A stretch of 64,000 nt of DNA, taken from a virus. Lineage: Duplodnaviria > Caudoviricetes. The DNA lies in the IMG/VR virus record IMGVR_UViG_3300031555_001469. One strand, 5' to 3'. The translations under genes and the position numbers were made by a program. The notes under the pieces were generated by a model, which saw nothing but the letters and a program-made list of their open reading frames with translations, did not search any database and was not told where the DNA came from. Below, piece after piece: positions 9,267 through 17,820 of the stretch. The first letter of the stretch is position 1. Every line of letters starts with the position of its first letter.

Positions 9267-10523
9267 TTATTTCATAGAGAATGCTTTCATTGGATCCATT
9301 TCGGCAAAGTCAATTACTGAGTTATGGAAGCTCTTCATGGATGCGTTCTTTAATCTAGATGGGACCTGAGGAGTTGCTGTACCAATATTCTTAATACCTA
9401 AACGGTAAAACATATTACCAGCACACATATTACAGAATCCGGTCTTTGATTCACACATTGAAGAGAATCTCATCTTTACTGTCTGACCAATTAACTCATT
9501 CTTATTATCAGATGTAATCTCTGTCCACTTATTTTTATACCAGACAAAGTTATACATATTTTCTTTAATATTCTTTGTAGTAAGAGTAATTGTAATAGTG
9601 CGTTTAGTACCACAATCACTACCCTTAGGGTCAAGAACCAAATGCTGGAACGCTCTCAAGAATAATTTTTCCTGAGCACCACCAACTTCTGTTTTCTTAG
9701 CACGAGCATATGGGCCTTCTACTAATGAGTTAGCCATTGTCACATACTCCTCTTTCTTGATACCGTCAACAAGATTGGATCCTACTACCTCATATCCCTT
9801 GTCAGGGTCAGGGTTTTTAACAGCACCTTTCATTACGTGCATATTCTTGAAGTTATTTCCCCAAGAACCTCTTGCTCCAGAATTATATAAATCTGCAGAA
9901 GGGTCTCCTTCTAATAATTCCTTAGCATATCTAAGTAATTCTTTCTCAATATCAGCAGCTGCTTTAGCTGAATTAGAATCACCAGATTTTAATTCTTTTT
10001 CATATTTCTTAAGTAATTCTCTTTTCTTTGGATCAAGCTCATTACTAATAAGAAGCATCTTCATTGTGTAGCCAGGGCAAAACATAGTAGAGTATGGCTG
10101 AAACTTTTGACATTTCATAGTAAATCTTTTTACTACTTCTATATCTATCTTATCTTCCATTAAAGCATATGCCATATCCTGATTGATGCTTTCATATTTG
10201 TCATTAGTAATTTCGTCTTCTATATATCCTTCTAATTCGAATAAATCTTTTTCGATAAATGTTTTATTGAACCACCAAGTACCTACAGTAGTTCTAAACG
10301 TATTAGTATTCTTATTTCCTTCTGGACCATAATATCCAGGCGGTACTACAAGAATATCATAAGGTTGACACTTAGGACCTTTGCCAAAATCCCCAAACAT
10401 TTCCATGAATGAAGATTCTTTTACTCCATATTCTTCGGTCATATTAAGCAGTGTGTTAATTACCTCTTTATCAGTTATCTCTTTAGGATATCTAATATTA
10501 GGATTTTTAGCCATTTTAGACAC
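9267..10523 (-). CDS. multisubunit phage RNA polymerase beta'-like subunit, C-terminal part (probably virion RNAP)
   Basis: SGARGS, bridge-helix-like KKTEVGGAQEK, DCGT, MRFSSMC...CNMCAG Zn site, NIGTAT and trigger-loop-like MKSFH; late promoter at 10543-10554. Confidence 0.88.
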   Translation of the reverse strand: MSKMAKNPNIRYPKEITDKEVINTLLNMTEEYGVKESSFMEMFGDFGKGPKCQPYDILVVPPGYYGPEGNKNTNTFRTTVGTWWFNKTFIEKDLFELEGYIEDEITNDKYESINQDMAYALMEDKIDIEVVKRFTMKCQKFQPYSTMFCPGYTMKMLLISNELDPKKRELLKKYEKELKSGDSNSAKAAADIEKELLRYAKELLEGDPSADLYNSGARGSWGNNFKNMHVMKGAVKNPDPDKGYEVVGSNLVDGIKKEEYVTMANSLVEGPYARAKKTEVGGAQEKLFLRAFQHLVLDPKGSDCGTKRTITITLTTKNIKENMYNFVWYKNKWTEITSDNKNELIGQTVKMRFSSMCESKTGFCNMCAGNMFYRLGIKNIGTATPQVPSRLKNASMKSFHNSVIDFAEMDPMKAFSMK

Positions 10524-10574
10524 CTCTCTTCTTATTTTCTATTAATATTAAGTTCGACAAAGCAACATAAAAAT

Positions 10575-10664
10575 AAAGGTGTCGTTGTTACAACTTTGCT
10601 GTTGGTTATTCATTTTATGTGCCTTCTTCTGAATTATCCCCCGTTACGGTATTCGTAACGGGGG
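10575..10664 (+). ncRNA. candidate late small RNA (~90 nt)
   Basis: AACAtaaaaaTA promoter at 10564-10575 facing a hairpin at 10638-10664; no sense ORF. Confidence 0.4.
10638..10664. terminator. terminator hairpin (likely bidirectional)
   Basis: CCCCCGTTACG-gtatt-CGTAACGGGGG. Confidence 0.8.
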
Positions 10665-10675
10665 AAACATGTGTC

Positions 10676-11515
10676 TTAATAATAAATATCGTAAGTGATA
10701 TCGATACCCTTTGTAAGGTCAACTAAAGACTCACCAACAATATTTAACTTAGTAAGAGGTCTAATATTCTGGTAAACCTTCTTACCATTGATTTCTTTAG
10801 CCCATCCTGTAAGTAAAGAGATTGTGTTGATCTTTGCTTCTTCAATACCTGTTGTATTCAAGAACCAGTCTCTACAGTCATCACTTGTAATCTTTAACTT
10901 TAATCTTACATATGTCTGAGCTTCAGTAGATCTATCAATGTCATATACATTAGATGTAACTGCTGTTCCATCTGTATACTCCTGAATGAATTCAGGTTCG
11001 GAGTCGAATGTCTTAAAATAATACGCATTCATTCCATTTTCATTTGTCTTCTTACCAAAATATACATCTGTGTCAATATTGTCAGCAGATGCTGGTACAT
11101 ATCTAAACGGAATCAGATTTTCTGGTGCTGTCCATTTAGTATAATCTACAGGATACTTCTGAGATGGTTCAGTACCACCACCATCAATACCTACTGCAAA
11201 TAAATAAACCTTCTCACTAGCTCCATTTTCAGCAGCTGTTTCAGATGTACTATCATCTAAGCCAAGCTCTGTATTATAGCTAGGAGTGATTTCTTCCGAT
11301 GAGATATCAAAATGACATCTAGCGGTAAAGCTTGCACCTGGAATAATAACCTTATTATGAAGGTGCTCGAATAAAACTTCACCTAATCCATTTCTGATTG
11401 TAACGTCTGTTGTTAACTGAGAAGCCTTGTATATATCCTTGGCTTCATGCTTTTCTGACAGAAACTTTTTCTTAAACCAATTCATGGTAAATACCTCCGT
11501 TCTATAATTATTCAT
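10676..11515 (-). CDS. putative virion structural (baseplate-region) protein
   Basis: Beta-rich ORF ending DITYDIYY, coupled to the upstream late gene; the real start may be the ATG at 11485 behind GGAGG. Confidence 0.6.
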   Translation of the reverse strand: MNNYRTEVFTMNWFKKKFLSEKHEAKDIYKASQLTTDVTIRNGLGEVLFEHLHNKVIIPGASFTARCHFDISSEEITPSYNTELGLDDSTSETAAENGASEKVYLFAVGIDGGGTEPSQKYPVDYTKWTAPENLIPFRYVPASADNIDTDVYFGKKTNENGMNAYYFKTFDSEPEFIQEYTDGTAVTSNVYDIDRSTEAQTYVRLKLKITSDDCRDWFLNTTGIEEAKINTISLLTGWAKEINGKKVYQNIRPLTKLNIVGESLVDLTKGIDITYDIYY

Positions 11516-14096
11516 ATGTTTCCACTATATAACAATCATCTTTTTTAATCGATCCGTTTTCAGAACAAGCTAACTCTGACTCTACAGAAGGATGTGATGA
11601 AATATTTATATAGTCTTTGGAATTAAAGTATAACAATGGTGTACGGAATACATCTTCAATATTAATTGTATCCTTCCAATGTAATACGATCTTAATATCA
11701 GCTATCGTCTCAACAATTTCGACAACATCAGGAAATTGAAGAGAGATCCATCTCCAAGCTTTAAGCCAAACTTGTTCGTCAATGCCAAGCTTTTCGATTT
11801 CTTTTCTATTAGATTTAAGAGAAATAATAATATCACCATACTTAACACCATCATCTACATTGTAGATATCTGTCAATTCTCCAATACAGTCAATAGCTCG
11901 TATAGTATTCTCTAATTTGTTATAGAATTTATAAACTGTATTAATTTCAATAAGATGTGTCTTATAAGACTTAAAGAAATTAATAACCTTTTCCATATAT
12001 AACTGTACATAGTCTGCAGAAGAACCTGGTAATGTACTGTAAATATATGCAAAAGCATCTGAATCTAACCACTCATCAAGAGTTCCGATAACAGAAATCA
12101 TAGTATTAACTATTGCTGTCTGTCTAGACTGCATATCATTCATACCTTTAAATTTCATAATAGAGTCATATAATACAGCATCCCTACTCTGGATATATTC
12201 AGTCCAGGTATGAGCAGGCTGACCATTAGACATTCTAAAGAAATTCATATTAAAATCTGTTATATATAGAGCATCATGAATATGCTTATAAATATCGTAA
12301 ATATACTTATCATCAGCATTAAAAATCTGTTGTACGATATGGTCATATATTGCTCTATTTGTAATAAATACATCAGCCATTTGTTCATAACTTAAACATT
12401 CTAATGGCTGTTTAAAAGAGCCTATCTTCTTTGTATTAAGTAAGGTTTCTAAGCTATAACCTTTACTTACACAATAAGATTTAAGTTCATTTAAATCTGC
12501 TTCGAAGTTAAAGCCTTCTATTGTAAGTACTTTAGTAGGAGTCAGCATAAGACTATCCTCTAAACCTACATACAAATATCCTAAGCAGAATAAGTAACTG
12601 AACACATCAGTTAATTTAAAAAGATGATTTACTCTAAGAGAAGGAATAGTTAAATCCAAATTGAATCTAGTTCTTCCTGCAGCGTAGTCTGCATTACTCT
12701 TATAATATATCATATTGTAGAAGTAAGGTAAATCGAATGACATTCTAGTCAAGTCATATGTAGTATCAACTCCAATATACTTTGTTCTAGCAACTGTCAA
12801 TTCTTGATTAACGATAGCTTCTTTAATTTGATCATGATCTCCTTCTCCATCCCAATATGGATCAGCTAATGTGATTGTATCGTATTCTATATGGTTAATA
12901 GTTTCTTTGATATAATCATCAGCTTTATCTGTAATAGGAACTTTAATGAATTTGAGATCATAGTTCTGCATATTATCTGGAATCTTTTCTCCATCAGGGT
13001 CTAATAAATATTCCCCATCTTCATCCTTCTTATAAGCAAATACATAATTACCATTAGCATCTACTCTTCTATCTTTTAAGATATAATATCTAAAAATAGA
13101 TACGTCATTAAATCCGAATAAAGAACAGATGTCTATAAGGTTCTTAGTAGACGATTTGTACTTAAGAAGTGTATGCATATTCTTAATCATTGCGATCTGA
13201 TATTTAGTCGGAATCTCTGGCCAATATGGTATACCATTGGACTGGAATAAATACTGAATAGATCTATTATCAAAGATTTCTTTTCTTAATATAAATTCCT
13301 GTACTTCAGAAATAATATCAACCATAGTCATGATTAAAATAAGTATTATAATAAATTCATCATAATGATCAGAACCGTATTTAAAAGCTTCTGAATAAAT
13401 GGTTCTTAATGCAAAGATTCTATTAGTCTCATATTTAGTTTTAAACTTTTCTAAGACTTCGGCAGAATCTATATTAGGGATATAAATGATCTGGAAATTA
13501 GCAGCTTTTCTTGCTACATAAGAATCAATAGCGTTATCTCCTAAATAGTTTAAATATAAAAGATCTGGGTATAACTCTTTAACAGATTCTAAAATACCAT
13601 AACTCTCTAAGATATTTATCTCGTGAGATGTCATTTTATGAATCGGTAAAGACCAATCTACTTCTAAAGATCTATCGATTAAATCACTAGGTATTTTAAT
13701 ACCCTTATCACCAATAGGTGGTAATCCCATTAATCTACGATAGTAGGTATTCTTTTCTTCATAGTTATTAATAGTATAGGTTACCATCTTACTTGTTACC
13801 AGAGCTCTTTTAGATTCTGGTATATTAAATTTATCAATCAAACAAGCTTGTTTGATTGCTGCAGGTATACCACACTCAACCAGTATTGATTCTGGTACTG
13901 ATCTGAAAGTGGTAAATTTAGCCTTTCCTTCAACACATGCAATATAAATATTAGCATTTATTTGAGCTTCTAAAGTTTCAAACTTATTAGCTAACTCTTC
14001 ATTTTTGATTACAGAGTTGATGGCAAGTATTTTTGTATAATACACTAATTCATCTACAAAGGGATAATCAGTCAATATTTTCTTGACTTCATACAT
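11508..14096 (-). CDS. large virion structural protein (baseplate-like)
   Basis: 862 aa; late promoter CACAtattaaTA at 14122-14133; LLKYKSST...INFFKSYK pattern resembling baseplate wedge proteins. Confidence 0.55.
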   Translation of the reverse strand: MYEVKKILTDYPFVDELVYYTKILAINSVIKNEELANKFETLEAQINANIYIACVEGKAKFTTFRSVPESILVECGIPAAIKQACLIDKFNIPESKRALVTSKMVTYTINNYEEKNTYYRRLMGLPPIGDKGIKIPSDLIDRSLEVDWSLPIHKMTSHEINILESYGILESVKELYPDLLYLNYLGDNAIDSYVARKAANFQIIYIPNIDSAEVLEKFKTKYETNRIFALRTIYSEAFKYGSDHYDEFIIILILIMTMVDIISEVQEFILRKEIFDNRSIQYLFQSNGIPYWPEIPTKYQIAMIKNMHTLLKYKSSTKNLIDICSLFGFNDVSIFRYYILKDRRVDANGNYVFAYKKDEDGEYLLDPDGEKIPDNMQNYDLKFIKVPITDKADDYIKETINHIEYDTITLADPYWDGEGDHDQIKEAIVNQELTVARTKYIGVDTTYDLTRMSFDLPYFYNMIYYKSNADYAAGRTRFNLDLTIPSLRVNHLFKLTDVFSYLFCLGYLYVGLEDSLMLTPTKVLTIEGFNFEADLNELKSYCVSKGYSLETLLNTKKIGSFKQPLECLSYEQMADVFITNRAIYDHIVQQIFNADDKYIYDIYKHIHDALYITDFNMNFFRMSNGQPAHTWTEYIQSRDAVLYDSIMKFKGMNDMQSRQTAIVNTMISVIGTLDEWLDSDAFAYIYSTLPGSSADYVQLYMEKVINFFKSYKTHLIEINTVYKFYNKLENTIRAIDCIGELTDIYNVDDGVKYGDIIISLKSNRKEIEKLGIDEQVWLKAWRWISLQFPDVVEIVETIADIKIVLHWKDTINIEDVFRTPLLYFNSKDYINISSHPSVESELACSENGSIKKDDCYIVETYE

Positions 14097-14232
14097 ATTT
14101 TTCCCTCCTTCCTTTTTGTCTTATTAATATGTGAAGATCTTATGGTGACCTTTATTCGTAATTAATTATATCAGAATACGGGGAATTGGGAAAAACATAT
14201 TAATAAATAAATATCAAAGGAGGGATTTATCT

Positions 14233-14895
14233 ATGAGTGGGCAATTAGGACCTCAGCAAATTTTACCTGAAGTTTTTAATTATAACATAGGTGGAAATCC
14301 TACTATATTCTCTCCTAATGCTGGATATGAACTTCCATTCTTCCAGACTAGAGATTCTCTCAGAGATACAGAGAGTTATAAAGCATTTTTAGATAATGCA
14401 ATCCATAGATTTAGAAAGAGCAGAACTTATAAAAACTATAAGGGATTCCTTATGAATCTTGGATTAGACCATTGTCAAATGCATGGTAATATATCTTCTG
14501 AAATGGCTAGTATAGAAATGCACCACAATGTATTGACTATATTTGACATTGCATTGATTATTACTGAGCACGTTTTAAATACTACTGGATATATTACTAC
14601 ATTCGATTTAGTTCAGCTCTTAGCTCAAGAGCATATGCAACATCGAGTTCAGTTAGTTATGTTATCATTAACACCTCATCAGGCATTCCATGATGATCCT
14701 CAGTTTTTCATTCCATCTACAATGTGTGTAGGAGATTGGGTTGCATTTCTTGAGAAGTATAAATCTGGAATCACTCAGGATATAGCTTATAAATTATTAT
14801 ATTATATCCGTAGAGAGGAAGAACTTAAAGGAGAACCATTCGATAATAATTTACTTGATTTAAGAGAAAAAATATTAGGATGGGCTCAAGAATAA
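14233..14895 (+). CDS. HNH-like (His-Me finger) protein, paralogue of 23946..24728
   Basis: C...IEMHH..LTIFDI...VMLSLTPHQAFH; late promoter AACAtattaaTA at 14194-14205. Confidence 0.55.
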   Translation: MSGQLGPQQILPEVFNYNIGGNPTIFSPNAGYELPFFQTRDSLRDTESYKAFLDNAIHRFRKSRTYKNYKGFLMNLGLDHCQMHGNISSEMASIEMHHNVLTIFDIALIITEHVLNTTGYITTFDLVQLLAQEHMQHRVQLVMLSLTPHQAFHDDPQFFIPSTMCVGDWVAFLEKYKSGITQDIAYKLLYYIRREEELKGEPFDNNLLDLREKILGWAQE

Positions 14896-14902
14896 AAAAT
14901 AA

Positions 14903-14928
14903 AGAGGGAACCTTAATTGGTTCCCTCT
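14903..14928. terminator. bidirectional terminator
   Basis: AGAGGGAACC-ttaatt-GGTTCCCTCT between convergent genes. Confidence 0.8.
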
Positions 14929-14935
14929 AAATTTT

Positions 14936-15283
14936 TTATGAATTTGAAACGAGACTTTGCAATTCTCTTTCACGAGATGCTCTATCAAACATTTCATCGC
15001 TGAAATCATAATCGACTTCAGCTTTCATATCTCCGTTACCTACTGGTGTAAGAGTGATATCATTAATAATGCGTCCATTAATAATGATACCCGGTTCGAA
15101 TATAGTCTTCCTAGTTATATTCTTCTCTACATAAGAGATGATGATATCATCATCCTGCTTGTAGATATGTAACCAAGTATATCCGTTGCCACCAGACACA
15201 TTAGGACCAACTGTCTCCAATCTGACTGGGGCAACTTTTCCTAATCCCCACCGTAAACCTTCATGATAATATCCAATTGCCAT
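14936..15283 (-). CDS. hypothetical early protein
   Basis: AGGAGG SD; second gene of leader cassette 1. Confidence 0.7.
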   Translation of the reverse strand: MAIGYYHEGLRWGLGKVAPVRLETVGPNVSGGNGYTWLHIYKQDDDIIISYVEKNITRKTIFEPGIIINGRIINDITLTPVGNGDMKAEVDYDFSDEMFDRASRERELQSLVSNS

Positions 15284-15294
15284 GTCAACACCTC

Positions 15295-15489
15295 CTAACG
15301 ATTCATATAAGAAGCAGCCATCATTTGGAATTCTTCTGTCATCTGACGGATCATTGCGGCGTCACGCATAGCCTGTTCGTGAGCCTCATCCATCTTCTGT
15401 TGAATCATTGCGGCGTCACGCATAGCCTGTTCGTGAGCCTCATCCATCTTCTGTTGAATCATAGCCATCTGTTCTTCAAATGTCATCAT
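15295..15489 (-). CDS. small Met/Gln-rich helical protein with exact 18-aa duplication
   Basis: Start reassigned to ATG 15489, 10 nt after AAGGAGG; (MIQQKMDEAHEQAMRDAA)x2. Confidence 0.7.
   Translation of the reverse strand: MMTFEEQMAMIQQKMDEAHEQAMRDAAMIQQKMDEAHEQAMRDAAMIRQMTEEFQMMAASYMNR
15350..15462. repeat. perfect 54-bp tandem repeat (2 copies plus 5 bp)
   Basis: ATCATTGCGGCGTCACGCATAGCCTGTTCGTGAGCCTCATCCATCTTCTGTTGA at 15350 and 15404. Confidence 0.95.
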
Positions 15490-15496
15490 GCCAAAA

Positions 15497-15635
15497 GCGC
15501 CTCCTTGACGCATGTCTTCTTATACCCCCGTAGTATTATAAGCTCTTTGGCTTGGGTAATAGAAGGATAAGATATTATTTCTTCTTATCACTACTATAAT
15601 ATACAAATAAAATATATGAGTTTTACGGATCATAG
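15497..15635 (-). promoter_or_regulatory. conserved early promoter + structured 5' leader, copy 1
   Basis: Homologous to 40735-40874 and 43219-43350; covarying stems; SD held in a hairpin. Confidence 0.8.
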
Positions 15636-15685
15636 GTAAACTTCTAAACTGAAAACTATCTAGTAAAATAAACGGAGGTGTTTTT

Positions 15686-16111
15686 ATGATTGAAGCATTT
15701 TTAAACATAGATAAATTTTATATTGTAATTGCAGTAGTATTATTTATAGCTTTAAAGTATATTAAGATGGTAAAGACTACTAAAGAAAAGTATCTCAAAT
15801 TAGAATATGATAGATTAGACCTCAATATTAAACTCGATTTAGAGTTTACTGATATTTTAGATAAGCTTATAATGGATACTTTTAATGAGTATAAATTGCT
15901 TAATTTAGCATATGATGATACATTCATTAATAAAGACAAAGAGGAGCATATATATAAAGATATGACAGATCTAGTTTCTGCTAGACTTTCTAATACATTT
16001 ATTAAGCAACTTGGATTATATTATAATCCATCTATAATATCTGATATAATAGGTAAAAAGATCTATCTTATAGTAATGCAGTATGTAATTGAGCATAATC
16101 AAACAAAATAA
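15686..16111 (+). CDS. hypothetical membrane-anchored protein
   Basis: GGAGG SD; N-terminal TM helix; late-type promoter at 15647-15658. Confidence 0.7.
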   Translation: MIEAFLNIDKFYIVIAVVLFIALKYIKMVKTTKEKYLKLEYDRLDLNIKLDLEFTDILDKLIMDTFNEYKLLNLAYDDTFINKDKEEHIYKDMTDLVSARLSNTFIKQLGLYYNPSIISDIIGKKIYLIVMQYVIEHNQTK

Positions 16112-16118
16112 AAAATAA

Positions 16119-16148
16119 AAGAGGAAGACTAATTAAAGTCTTCCTCTT
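16119..16148. terminator. bidirectional terminator
   Basis: AAGAGGAAGACT-N6-AGTCTTCCTCTT between convergent genes. Confidence 0.8.
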
Positions 16149-16153
16149 AAAAT

Positions 16154-16558
16154 TTAGTTAGGATCGAAAATAAATGTTTTTAATCCGTACTTGTTAGCGT
16201 TGTCAATCATATTTTTAGTACCTTTAGATTTACCATCCCATAATGCGATAAGTACTCCAGTATATCCTTCTTCAGAAGCATATTTAGCTATCTGTTCATT
16301 TCGAATATATCCGGCTCGGCTACCATACTTATTCCAATCTGCAGGAAACTGCTTGACGGTTATATTATAATTACAGCCAAATTCTTCACCAATCTTATCA
16401 GCGCCTCTAGCTGTACCACTTACAATTTCAGTAAGATCTTTATCAAAGTTTGGTAACTTTCTGATACATTCGATAATAAAATCTTCGCCCAATGGATAAT
16501 TAACAAATTCTCTACTACCAGCAATAACAATTCTGTATTCAGTACGTCCTTCTACCAT
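16154..16558 (-). CDS. SLOG-superfamily protein (DUF2493/YspA-like)
   Basis: IVIAGSREF, IVSGTARGAD, FPADWNKYG..AGYIRN, WDGKSKGT. Confidence 0.88.
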   Translation of the reverse strand: MVEGRTEYRIVIAGSREFVNYPLGEDFIIECIRKLPNFDKDLTEIVSGTARGADKIGEEFGCNYNITVKQFPADWNKYGSRAGYIRNEQIAKYASEEGYTGVLIALWDGKSKGTKNMIDNANKYGLKTFIFDPN

Positions 16559-16583
16559 AATAGTTTCCTCCTTCTATAAAATA

Positions 16584-16615
16584 TTCCCCGTGATGACTTT
16601 TATCATCACGGGGAA
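16584..16615 (-). terminator. terminator hairpin
   Basis: TTCCCCGTGATGA-N6-TCATCACGGGGAA. Confidence 0.75.
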
Positions 16616-16622
16616 ATACTGT

Positions 16623-17006
16623 TTAGACTCCTATGCTAAATACGTTAAGGCCGTAGGCTTTAGCAGCCCTTTCAGCTTCTTCTTTAGGATTGTCATACTT
16701 TTTATAAAACGTAAAAAGTAATCCTGAACAATCATCTTCAGTAGCATATTCAAGCATTTTATTGAATCTGATTTGATAAGCGTCAATAAGACCATATTGC
16801 TCTACATCTACATAAAAATCCTTTACTTTAATCATATTATTTGAAGCGAATCTATGAGCGATATCATCAGAATCTTCACCGAATCCGAGAATGTGAACAT
16901 CCTCCCAATCGATTGTTAATCCTGTAAGTAATTCGGACACATATTCTTCTACATCTTCATATGAAACGTAAGAATCTGTAGATATAATAACTCTGTATTT
17001 TGGCAT
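16623..17006 (-). CDS. degenerate SLOG paralogue
   Basis: Colinear with the neighbour (YRVII/YRIVI, QIRFNKMLEYATED/YIRNEQIAKYASEE, AKAYGL/ANKYGL) but lacks the glycine-rich motifs. Confidence 0.6.
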   Translation of the reverse strand: MPKYRVIISTDSYVSYEDVEEYVSELLTGLTIDWEDVHILGFGEDSDDIAHRFASNNMIKVKDFYVDVEQYGLIDAYQIRFNKMLEYATEDDCSGLLFTFYKKYDNPKEEAERAAKAYGLNVFSIGV

Positions 17007-17019
17007 TATTAAAGCCCTC

Positions 17020-17820
17020 CTATCGTTTATTAAAATATATTTGAGAAAATATTTTGTATAATTCTCTCAAAATATTATAATTATAAGAAATGTTAAGACA
17101 GTATTTATCTTTCTCAGGTAAATGATCTGCCAGTAATTCCATATAATGTAACCCACCCTGAATCCTGTATTGGCTTGCAGGGTTAAATTCACGATAGTAT
17201 CCAATGTCTAAGTCTAAAGAGACATACTTTTGACTAAAAGCTTGAATTAGCCAAAGTGTGTTCTCTATACTATCCACTGTAGATACGTTTAGAAGCTCTA
17301 ATAAAAATTCATAGAAGAAATCTTGATGCAGAGCTAACTGCTGTTCTCCTATACCTTTTATATCTAAAACTTCTTTTCTCATTATAGGATCAAAGTAATA
17401 TAAATACTGAACCCTATTTATCCTAAGATAAGAAGTATATATATTCCTACAAGTAAATTCTACATTATCAAATTTAGTAACTGTAGGAATTTTGTTTATG
17501 ATATATATAGCATCATTCTTAATTGCCAATATATCATAATCTTGTATATCGTTTGCTTCAAAGAATAACTTCTTTACCTCGATAACCCCAGCATCTAAAG
17601 CTTTTCCTAATTCAGGATTAGCTGCTCTGAGTTTACCTATAGTAACCTGTCTAGTCATTCTATCGGCACTGTATAAAAAATTGTACTGCTCGATTGATAT
17701 AAGACCTTTCCATAAGAGAATATTAATATTAGCTTTAGCAATATCATACTCTCTTATGAATGATCCAATTAGATAATCAATGTCTGCAGTATAGTTTACG
17801 TTATTCCATAATTCTGACAT
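17020..17820 (-). CDS. minimal family-B DNA polymerase-like palm domain protein
   Basis: Motif-A-like IREYDIAKAN, motif-C-like LAIKNDAIYI, downstream DIKGI. Confidence 0.55.
   Translation of the reverse strand: MSELWNNVNYTADIDYLIGSFIREYDIAKANINILLWKGLISIEQYNFLYSADRMTRQVTIGKLRAANPELGKALDAGVIEVKKLFFEANDIQDYDILAIKNDAIYIINKIPTVTKFDNVEFTCRNIYTSYLRINRVQYLYYFDPIMRKEVLDIKGIGEQQLALHQDFFYEFLLELLNVSTVDSIENTLWLIQAFSQKYVSLDLDIGYYREFNPASQYRIQGGLHYMELLADHLPEKDKYCLNISYNYNILRELYKIFSQIYFNKR

Noticed and set aside
15277-15570. 97-aa His/Leu-rich plus-strand ORF
   Set aside because: Antisense shadow of the 54-bp repeat gene; no SD or promoter
15497-15606. Leader as a purine or c-di-GMP riboswitch, hammerhead ribozyme, or sigmaA promoter
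   Set aside because: Lacks the purine-riboswitch core, the GEMM GNRA/receptor and CUGANGA/GAAA motifs; TATAAT is not invariant and has no TTGACA at 17 bp
15520-15708. 62-aa minus-strand ORF
   Set aside because: It runs through the promoter/leader element and overlaps the divergent gene start; no SD
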